Shown here: positions 1 to 9,900 of the stretch, one piece after another
How positions within the stretch are numbered: the first letter of the stretch is position 1
Layout of the letters: each line of letters starts with the position of its first letter
Source: Camelus ferus
Lineage: Eukaryota
Reading direction: 5' to 3'
Length of the DNA: 64,000 nucleotides
NCBI RefSeq assembly: GCF_009834535.1
Contig: NC_045706.1
Coordinates: forward strand, 24,180,001-24,244,000
Translations under genes and position numbers: made by a program
Notes under the pieces: generated by a model
What the model saw: only the letters and a program-made list of their open reading frames with translations
What the model was told of the DNA's origin: nothing
Database searches by the model: none

Positions 1-300
1 CCAGGGCAGGCGCCGGGGACAGGAGTGTCTTTCAAGGCTGGGGAGGCTTAGTCCGGGGCCAGGCCCGCCTTCCCCCTTCCCCTCCCCCGTCCTGGAGCAA
101 CCATGGGATTTTCTACCCCGACGGAGGCCACGGCTGATTCACCCCGGGGGCTTTTGGGGGGACATTCCTCCTGTAGGAAGTCCTCCTCCCCGAAGTCCTG
201 TAGGTGGGGGCTCTTCCCACTGGGGGCCCCGGTGTTCTGCCTCGAGAACTGGTCTCTGGGGCCACGGGGCGGGGGTGGGGAAGGAAACATGTCTCCTCCT
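1..300 (-). promoter_or_regulatory. NFKB2: GC-rich segment, likely part of the NFKB2 proximal promoter; kB-like GGGACATTCC at 159-168
   Basis: GC/CpG-rich, kB consensus match; NFKB2 is known to have two promoters. Confidence 0.45.
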
Positions 301-863
301 TGGGATGGGCTCCTCTATTCCTTTTCCCCGATACACCTCAACAGCCGTTGATTCCTACATCGCACCTGTTTGGGTACCCAGACTCCCCTCCCCAGTCCCA
401 TAGCCTCGTATAATACATGAGTGTGTCTGCACCTCAGGTATACAAGTGTGTTTCGACCCATGTGCTTGCATGTTGTGTGTGCGTGGCGTGAACATGCGTG
501 TACAGGTGAGCGTCCTTAAACTTCTCAGTGTGGATACATGTCTGAGCATGTAGGTAAGGGCACAGGTGAACATATATTTGAGTTTGTGCGTGAATGGTGT
601 AGGTCCAGGCATCTATGCGTGGGTGAGCGAGTCAGAGTGCACGGACGATGCTGTGCACGCACCGGCATACGTGTAGGTGTACATATGGCCCGCGTGTGTG
701 TCTTTGTACAAGGATATCGATGTGTATCCTTGTGTTTTGTTTGTGTGTGTGCTCTCTGTGAGTGTGCAATATGCCGCTCTCCAGCCCTGGGGCTCGGTCA
801 GCTAAGGGCCCGCCTCCCGCCCTTCCCCCCCGCCCCCCCAAGGGTCTGAACCCGGCCACTCAC

Positions 864-945
864 CGCTGCCGCGGCTCCGGCTCCAGATGCTCTCCCGGCC
901 TGACCCACCTCGGACCGGTCGCGACACCTGTCCAGCCACTAGGAC
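864..945 (-). other. NFKB2: Putative NFKB2 upstream non-coding exon 1 (upper boundary approximate)
   Basis: GCAGCG|gtgagtggccgggttcagaccc donor at 863. The sequence resembles the human NFKB2 5' region as recalled, and GBF1 followed by NFKB2 on the same strand is the known mammalian order. No NFKB2 CDS is in the window. Confidence 0.6.
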
Positions 946-1330
946 TCCAGCCGGGAAAGCCCCTTTTCCGCCCCCGGGAGGGGGGAATTCCCGTGACGTT
1001 TCCGTGCGTCACTCTCCATGCCCCTTTTCACTGGCTGAAAGTTTAACTACCGCCCTCACGCAGCCAATCGGGAGTGACTCAGGCGCGCCCCTTGGAGGGG
1101 AAATATTCGCGTAGAGCGGGAAGCCAGGCTGTGGATGACAGTCAGGTAAGAGTTCTGGCCTGGGGACCAGCTAGCTGAGGGATCCTCTGATCAAGCCGGC
1201 TCCAGTCTTCTCACCCACCCAGGCCTGTCCCAGACGGCTGGCAGCCCCCTCTGCTACTTGGCTTATGCTACACCTAATGCTTGGCCACTTTGGAAGCCGG
1301 GGAACCCCAGGGGGAAGCTGGCGGGCCCCA
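945..1330 (-). promoter_or_regulatory. NFKB2: NFKB2 distal promoter with kB sites (953-962 GGGAAAGCCC, 983-992 GGGAATTCCC, 1299-1308 GGGGAACCCC), CRE-like sites (994-999, 1005-1011), CCAAT (1064-1068) and AP-1 TGACTCA (1075-1081)
   Basis: Motifs read directly in CpG-rich sequence just upstream of the putative exon 1. Confidence 0.72.
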
Positions 1331-1415
1331 GCCCTGTGTTCCTCCGCCCGGAGCGGGGCCCCGGTACCGGGAAGAATTAGGGGAAGAGGAAGTTGATCTT
1401 GCAGTTAGTCCCAGA

Positions 1416-1429
1416 GCGCCATCTGGCGG
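1416..1429 (-). promoter_or_regulatory. CTCF consensus site CCGCCAGATGGCGC
   Basis: Exact match to the core CCRSYAGRKGGCRS. Confidence 0.7.
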
Positions 1430-2859
1430 AAGCCACAGGGAGACTCCGTAATCGTCTCTTGATCAATGTCTTAACTCAGTCTTCCCTGGAAGAGACAATC
1501 TGTACCTAACTTATTCTTAAAAATAGCAGATTAACAGCGGGCTAGACTTTCAGACCTGAACTCAGACGCTCTGCTTCGGGTAAGGGAAAATGAGGTGTTT
1601 ATCTGAGAGACTCAAGCCTTGTTCATCGATCACAGAGATTTGGAATATTAGAATTGAAAAGGCATCCAAAATTAATAGTTCAGACTTCCTCTGTTGTAGG
1701 AAATTGCCCTTTGTACAATTTTCAGCGTCTGCTTCAACACTTCTAGCGACAGCAAGGTCGGTACAGAATTTCATATAGTACTGAACTCGGCGGCTGGACG
1801 TCTCTGGTTGGTAGAATTTCTCTTTAGGTGGTACCATGAGTAATCTCCATTACTGGAGGCATCCTCCCTTAGGCTCATGGTAGAACACAGGCTGTTAATT
1901 CAGACCTTTCCTGCAACTTTCCCCTGACCTTAATAACGGAATTACGAGCCTGCAGTAGCTCTGTATAAATGGAGACTATTATGGCTCTTGATTTGGGCTA
2001 TTTCCTGTCACTTCCCCCTCATCTTCATCTTGCCTGCAGATGGAATGTGGCAGATACTGTGTTAAGGTACTTTAGTATATATTCTTATTCTTCCTCCCAG
2101 CAACACTAGGAGGTAAATATTACCTTTACTTTACTGATAAGAAAAATTAAGTCTCAGAGAGATGAAGTAACAACACTAAATGCACAGCTAGAAAGGAATA
2201 GAACAAGAATCAAACCCAGTCTGTTAACTCTAGGACAAAGCTCTTTACCCTAATTTTGTGTAAAACAAAGCCAGCCTTTCCAAATAACTTGTGGGCCTCC
2301 AAATAACTTGAAATCCAGGGATATTATCTACTACATCCCCCTGGTAAGTCAGATCCTTAACCCTTAAATTAAAATGGAATGAGGTTAGATTGGTATACGC
2401 CTATTTAGTGAACCTGTGCTGGTTACCATTAATCCCATTGTCCTTCAAAGTGCTGGTAAACCAACAGCTGAAATTGACACGAACTCTTCCAGTCTCCACA
2501 ATGTCTCTAAAAGCACCCCTAAGGATTGATCTATTTTAGTGATAAGATTCTGAGCTGTAATTTATCTGAAGATTAAAAAAAGAAAAACTTTCATTATAGA
2601 AAATTTCAAACATATATATATAGTGGAGAAAATAGCATAATGAATCCCCACATACCCATTTGTCAGCTCCAACAAATCCCACTGTTGGCCTGGAGATTTA
2701 AACTGACTCAGAGTTTATTGTTAGTTGCTATAGCCTCACCAACTGCGCTTAAGAAACCTCTTCATTGTTTGTTCCACTAATTTCCAGTCTAATGATTATC
2801 TGTTTCTGTCCCCAGCCCTAGCACTACTGCTGGCCCAGAATGGAGTCACCATTAATTTA

Positions 2860-3860
2860 CTCCATTCATTCACCAATAAACAGTGAGGGCCTATTCTAGA
2901 AATCAGTGTTCCTGTCTGCAGACAAAAATCGAATGAATGTATATGATATGTCAGTTGGTGATTAAGTGCTACAGAGAAAAGTAGGATAGAGAGTGATAAG
3001 GGTTTTCTGTGTAGCAGTCAGGGAAGTCTTCTCTGATGAGGTAACATTTGAAAAGTGACTTGAAATAAGTGAGGAAGTGAGTTATGTGGGTATCTGGGGG
3101 AAGAGCATCCGAGATGGAGGGACTAGCAGTGTTTGGTATATTTGAGGACCAGGTGGGAAAAAGTAAGAACTTCAGATTTTATTCTGAACCATCTGAAGGT
3201 TTTAAGTAGCTGAATGAAAATGATATGACATGTGTTAAAAGCATCCATTTGGCTGCTGTGTGCAGAGTAAGGTATAGAGAGTATGGGACTATAATGGAGG
3301 TGGGGGCAGTAGTCTAATAGGTGGTGTCTTAGACTTGGATGGTGGTGGATGAGGGTGGGAGAAGTAATCACATCCTAGACAGATTTGAAAATCAGAAGCA
3401 GTGAGCCTTGCTGAGGGATTGGACATGGGAATGTGAAAGGGCAGGTGGGGGAGGGGATTGGTACAAGAACCTGAAGAAATGGAGTTGTCATTTACTGATA
3501 TGGGGCAGACAGAGGAGAGGATTTGTTGGGGGGTAATCAAGAATTTTTCCTCTTAAATTTGTTATATTTGAGAGCCTATGACGCATGCAAGTGGAGATGA
3601 TGAGGGGTAGTTGTACTTAAAGTCAGTGTAATGGATGGTATTTAAAGTTTAGACAGTGGACATCACCCCGTGATTGTGGAGAAAGGAATTGACCAGCACT
3701 GAGCCCTGGGGCATTCTCATGTTCAGAGGCTATGGAGATGAGGAGGAGCCAACAAAGGAAATTGAAAAGGCAGAGGAGAACCGAGAAAAACTAGTGTCGC
3801 TGAAGCTAGGTGAAGAGTATCTCAAGGAGGGGGTGATGAACTATTTACTTGAACTAAAGT
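2860..3860 (+). mobile_element. Ancient LINE2 fragment(s)
   Basis: L2-like cattcattca start and purine-rich degenerate L2 body; boundaries and strand approximate. Confidence 0.55.
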
Positions 3861-6099
3861 TCCTTTTCCTCAACTAAGCTCAGAGGCTGAGTAGTTCTTG
3901 CTTTCTTACAGCCACTTGTCTCCCAAGCAGTGGGCCTTGAACAAAAGTAAATCCCAAGGGCTTCAGAAGCCACATATTTTGTTGTTCCTAGCATATTTTC
4001 CCCCACAGTGGGGAAGTGTGTGCACATTGTAACTAATTCTGTAATTCATCCTTCCTGATATCATTCTTATGTGCTTAGAAAATTTACATTTATTCTTGGT
4101 CTTGTATGTCTTTTTTCCAGTTTTCTAGTGAATTCTTGGCTTACTATTTAATTGCCTATTTCTTCAAGGTGTTCAAACTCTTATTTCTTATGAGAAGCTA
4201 CAGAAAATGTATGTAGTTTTGGAGGGTTTCCACACCACCACCATCACCACTACTTTGGGGTTTAGAGTGAGACAGACCAGCTCCCTAACTTCCCAGGGAT
4301 TTGGCCTCTGAACATGTTGCCTCACCTGTTAAGAGGAATAAATACTTCTACAAGGTTGGGTGCCTAGTGCACTTTGTATTGACACCTATGACTCATGTTA
4401 GGGTCTTAGGTCTGCAGCTTTCCTCTGGACTTTTTGAAATCTGCTAGCCTAGAGTTCTTATAGGAGACAACATTAAGACCAGCATTTCCCTCTAGATCAC
4501 ACTATTACTTTCCCACAAATTTTTGTCACTTCCACATCACCAAGCCATGCTTCTTTGTTGGTCAGAATTAAGGCCTGAATATTAGTTCCTCTTGTAGCTT
4601 CCTTTGCCTTCTCAGAGATAATACTGTCAACAACACAAGGCATGTATGTGTTAGCTGATCTTTCTGTAACAGAAGGAGACTTCTGACAAACGTTTTTCTC
4701 TGCTTCCCAGCGAGGAGGGATTCAGTTTGCAATCACTCCCGCTCCTTTCCTAATATTGCAGACTGAGGGATACAGACTTCATATTTCTTTGTTCACAGGG
4801 TGGCCTTCAGAGTTCTATACAGCAGCCAACATTGTTTCCCCCATAGGGAAATACACAGAAGCTTCTAAAGGCAGAGCTGTGGGGCTCAGACGGTAGAATA
4901 GAGACATTACAGCAGAAGCCAAGGGCCCGAGTGTCTACCTGACTGTAGGTCCAGGCTTTTCTGCACTTGTACAGAAAAGTGCAGATGCGGCGTGCAGTCT
5001 TACTTCTAATTTTCCCAGGGGCAGGGCAGGCAAGGCTTCTAGTTAGTGTGGGAAGCAGGCCACTTGCAGGAGAAGGAAGGGAGAGGGGGAAAGTAGTGTA
5101 GGAGCAGCAGGGCTCATGTCAGTATTGTTTTACATCAGGCTGTTTCCATTTCCAAGGTACTCTTTTTACACCTGAGGGAGGCAGTTACATGGACGTCCAG
5201 ACTCCTGGCAATATCCACGTGGTTGTGCTGGGCAGAGAAGCCTGGGATGCTGAGTGATCACATAGCCAGCTGGGCCCAATGAAGATGGTGAGTGTCCCTA
5301 ACTCTCCATGAGGGAGGCTAGCTGGTAGTCAGCAGGGTACCACTCTCTGCCCTCCCTGGCCCCCAAAGGGGAATGGGATCACTCTGGAGGAAGAAGCCAA
5401 GATGATGGAGATGCTTCACTTGGGAAAGCTTAATAGCATTCTGCATCCACAGTCAGCCCTGCAGGGGCCACACTGCCTGCCCCACGCACACTCCCACTTG
5501 TCTTACCCCAAAACAAAGGGAAAGAAGGGGAGGGGTTCTCCAACCATGCTTCAGTGACTAGGGTGGATGGAGGCTGTGGGGTGGGAAAAAATTTTCCCTC
5601 TTCAGTTCTGGGCCAAAATGAATGCACTGTGCCAGAAACACATGATCGCAGCTGTGGGCAAGATAGCTCCCTAATCCCTGAGCCCCATGAGCTCCTTTGT
5701 GTTCCTGAACCACGAGGCACATCTGGGGGAAGACTTCTGAATAACTACAACTCAGCTCTGGCTCACCTTCCCTTTGACCAGTCTAGGCTGTCACAGGCGT
5801 CTCCACTGGAGCAGTTAGGGAAGAAGACAACTGCCCTCTAGCATATCCCTGGTGACAAGGGCACACTGCTATAGTGGTGGTGGTGGTGGCAGCAGTGGTA
5901 GCAGTGGGGCAGCGGTGGCAGCAGCATTGGTGAAGGAATCCTGACCAAGTCCCGGCGTCTGGCTGGCTGGTGGCCAGGGGCCATGTGGGCCAGACTGTTG
6001 GTCGGCTCGGTTTCACTTCTGTTCGTGCAAGGTTCAAGCCCTAGGTATCCCAGTAACATGCTGCCCACAAGCTCAAGAAAGAAACCAGAGGTAAAGGCA

Positions 6100-6683
6100 A
6101 TGATATTGGTACTAAGACATTTATTACATCATAAAAAGTCCATTGTTTGTCCTGTTTTTCCATATGTACATGCTCCTATGGGCAGTCCCTCTGTCCCGCC
6201 CCACCTGCCCACACTCCATGGTGCCAATCAACTCTCCAGACTGACCAACTAATGAGTAAAAGAGGAAGAACTAGAGGAGGTGGCCCAGGGCTGATGGGAG
6301 TGGGGCTGGGAGAGGGAAACAAAGTGCAGAGTGGTTGGCTTGGTTCTCGATGCCTGACCACGAGCAGGAGGGGCATGAGAGCAGGCACTGCAGGGTTGGC
6401 ATACTGATGCCTCCCCAGAGCTGCCAGGCTGCAGGTGATACCTGAGTGTGTTCTCAGGTCAGACCCCCAGGAATGGAGAGCAGAGGAGGAAGGTCCCACA
6501 GACTGACTGTGGGGACTGTGGGTCTCAGGAGGGGCTATAAAAGTTCTTTTTCAGGTCCCCATCCAAGCAGCAGTGAAACAGCCTGGGCTGGGACTGGAGA
6601 GTTTGTGGCCCCTGGGACAGCCGAGTGGGGAGCCAGGGACAGCCTGGTAGGAAGTACTGGTCCTGATCTCTGAGGAGCCTGCC
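6100..6683 (-). other. GBF1: GBF1 3' UTR
   Basis: Runs from the stop codon to a putative cleavage site just past AATAAA; the end is approximate. Confidence 0.7.
6120..6125 (-). terminator. Polyadenylation signal AATAAA of GBF1
   Basis: First tttatt on the + strand after the stop codon, ~560 nt downstream; preceded by a U-rich ttttatgatgt element on the minus strand. Confidence 0.75.
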
Positions 6684-6964
6684 TTAGTTGACCTCAGAGG
6701 TGGGCATGGGGTCTGTGGGGCGGGGTGTGGCCAGGAGGGGCACTGGTGAGGTGGCCTCGATGAGAGCGGGGTTGAGGATGATGGGCAGAGTCATGGGTGG
6801 CACGCCCACCTGCAGTGGGGAGGCCAAGGGCTGCAGGATCAGTGGGGGCTGAGCCAGGGGTGGAGACCCATCTGGGGTAGGGCTCAGCCTGCTGGGGCTG
6901 GATGCCGCTGGTGATCCAGGGGAGCTGCTGTTGGCAGGTCGGGGGCTCTCCGGCTTCTCAAAAT
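6684..6964 (-). CDS. GBF1: GBF1 exon 40, coding part (DFEKPESPR...PTSEVN stop)
   Basis: atag acceptor; TAA at 6686-6684; proline-rich C-terminal tail. Confidence 0.97.
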
Positions 6965-9900
6965 CTATAGGGAAAGCAAAGTGGCTACAGTCAGACTCCC
7001 TCACGTTCCATAGCTGGTTTACCAAACTTCTGCTCCTCCCCATTCCTGTCAGCAAAATGACCCAGTCTACCTAGTTGGGAGTCTCCTCTCAAAACTATTC
7101 TATTCTGATGTCCAGCTACCTTCTCTCTACCCTCTACCTCTTTTGCTGCACCTCTAGTCAGCCTTTTTGGTCTGGACTTTACCAAAATCCCTGAAGGGCA
7201 AGCTCTGCACATTCATTCCAAGTCTCTGATCCAGCCTTCTCCTCTGAAGCCTGCAAATCTCAAGCATCCAGCTCATCATAGCTGACCTGGCCCTGCCATT
7301 TCCCCTAAGAAGAGCAGGTGAACAGGATCCTCTGGTTCTTCCCTTCCCCTGGCTCACAGCCCACGCTCGGCAGCAATCCCAAGCTACCTGGGCCTCCTCT
7401 GAGGCCTCCGACTTCCTGCTTGACACCCAGCAGGCTCACTCAGAGGAACTTACCACAGGTCCCCAGCTCAGAGGGCATCTCTGGGGGAGGTGGATGGCCA
7501 GGTGTCCTGGTGTCGCCAGCAGCAGGAGTCAGGTGGGCTGAAGCCAGAGGTTTGGGGACATGAGGCTCCATGGGCACAGGGTCTGGGGAGGGCAGAGAAT
7601 CCAGATGGTGGCTCTTGCTGCTTGCTTTCAAGTGGAGCCCTGGCTACCCACAAGACTTCCCATCCACCAGGGCACAGAGGACTAGTAGCTCCACTCTTTT
7701 TTGATGAAGTTGGGCAGAGCCCCCTACCCTGGATGACAGTCTGCTTGAAGAGCTCATCTCGTAGGTGGGGCAGGAAACAGTCAATGCGCTCCCAGGTGAT
7801 CTCCCAGAGGGCTGAGGGGCTGCCTCCTCGGGCATCCGCACTGTGGAAAATCTCCGCTGTGTCCATCACCAGGAGCATGTTCTTCAGAGACTCAGGGATG
7901 GCCTCTGACTGCAGGTGGCAGTGGGGCCATGAGAACAGGAAAGGGGCATGGAGGATATGGTAAGGAGGAGGTAGCCACCAAGGGGGAAACAGAAAGTCTT
8001 CCCAGCAGGTGGGAGAGGAAGCAGGCAGTGGGAATGGGGCTGAGGTAGAACGTANNNNNNNNNNNNNNNNNNNNNNNNNNNNNNNNNNNNNNNNNNNNNN
8101 NNNNNNNNNNNNNNNNNNNNNNNNNNNNNNNNNNNNNNNNNNNNNNNNNNNNNNNNNNNNNNNNNNNNNNNNNNNNNNNNNNNNNNCTTTCAGCCGAGGG
8201 TAGGGTAGGAGCCTTCTGCACCCCTCTCCAAGGCTGGGAAGCAAGGCTGCCCTATCTTGCGTGGGAATCTTGGATCAGAGACTCCTCTGAATTCCAGAGT
8301 CCTCCCCGGTCCCTGGTTCTGCTGAGTCTCCACAGCTGGGGGTCCTGAGCACCTACATTACATCTCTAGGTCCTACCAGAAGCCTTGGCTTCCCTGTTTG
8401 CGAAGAGACAGGTGTGGGGAGAGTGGGTGGGTGAAGGGTGGTGAGCAGTACCTTAGAGAGCAGTGTGGAAGCCCTCATCCGGGTCTCCTCCATCCCGCCC
8501 ACATCTGCAGGGCTGATGTTCTCCAAGAGTTTGGTCAGTAGAGGAAACAGCACCTGATGGATAAGAAGCCAACATCTCCCTAGCAGGGTCAGGTGGCAGC
8601 CTTGCCCACGTGACCCTGAGCTGGGGTGGGATGGGTACAGAGCAGGAGGGAAGGTATGATGCAGGCTGAGGACTGACATTAGGGGCTGTTCAGGCTGCCT
8701 GGCTCTCCTTGTCTTTAGGATTCACTTTACTTTAAGAACAGAGGGAAGGCCTACCTTGTTAAAACAGGACTCCCATTCCAGGGCATCTAACTTTTGCAGA
8801 TCATGTACCAGTAGTGCTCGCTGCAGATAGGTCAGTGCCTGCATCCTCACCTGGCGCCGGGCGTCACAGCAGAGGCAGGCAATGCCTGAGAATAAGAAAA
8901 GGCTTGGGATCCTTCAGGCATCCTGATACTTCCCAAGCTCTAACTCCACCTCTGCCCCTGCCCTGCCAGCTCCCCCGAGATTTACCCTGCAGTAAAGGGC
9001 ACCAGCAGTGGGCCCAGAGGGTACGTGAATCCGCTTCGATCTTCCGGCCTCCTGTCTCCAGGTGGCGCTGCTCCTCCGCCCATGAGCTATAGATAGAGGC
9101 TGCCCTTGTGTGCAGGGTGTGCATCAGGTCTAGTAACTGGGGTCACAGGAGGGGCAGGACATGAGTCGGGTTAGGTCTGGTGTACCTCCTCCCCGCCAGC
9201 CCACCTCCACTGTCCCTGACTGAGTGGACAGTCCCTCCCTCAACGGAGCCCCTGGTACTGATCACACCATACTTCACCCCTCTCCTCACTCCCTTCTTGA
9301 CCCTTCTTGACTTCATGAACTGGATGTCCAAGTCCTGGCCAGTGTTTCCCAAAGTTGGGTATTACTCCTAGTAGAGGGGACTTGAGGAGGTGTGTGGACT
9401 AAGGATTTAAGAACACAAGTACACAGTGAGAAAGGAGCTTTCTTTTCAATTCTCTTTCACACCTTTTTTTAAAATACCTTTTTTTTTCCTGGGGGGCAGG
9501 TAATTAGAGTTTATTTTTAAAGGAGGTACTGAGGATTGAACCCAGGACCTCATGCATGTTAAACATGCACTCTACCACTTGAGCTATACCCTCCCCCGTT
9601 CTTTTACACCTTCTGATGACAGATAAAGCCTCATCTTGTTAATCTCATTTTAAAAATGGAAAGCAAACCTCGGGCTCAGAGGCTTTGATGGGCAATAGTG
9701 TCTGTCTGGCCAGATTTAATAATTTTTTATTTTCATCATTTTTCTAAGGTTATTCTAGTTAAGGCAATTAGTTCTCCATTTATTTAGTGATATAAAGTCT
9801 GCTCATGAAATAAATTTTATATGCCTTGAATAGACAGAGTAACTCTGGAAGGATAGAAAAGAAACTGGTGGCAGAGGTTGCCTCCAGGGAGCAGAACTTA

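Noticed and set aside
7490-7963. 157-aa plus-strand ORF antisense to exons 38-39
   Set aside because: GC-rich antisense shadow of coding sequence; no recognisable domain, promoter or Kozak support
7468-8244. 258-aa minus-strand ORF
   Set aside because: Artefact of reading through the N-run and introns; only the exon 38 part is real GBF1
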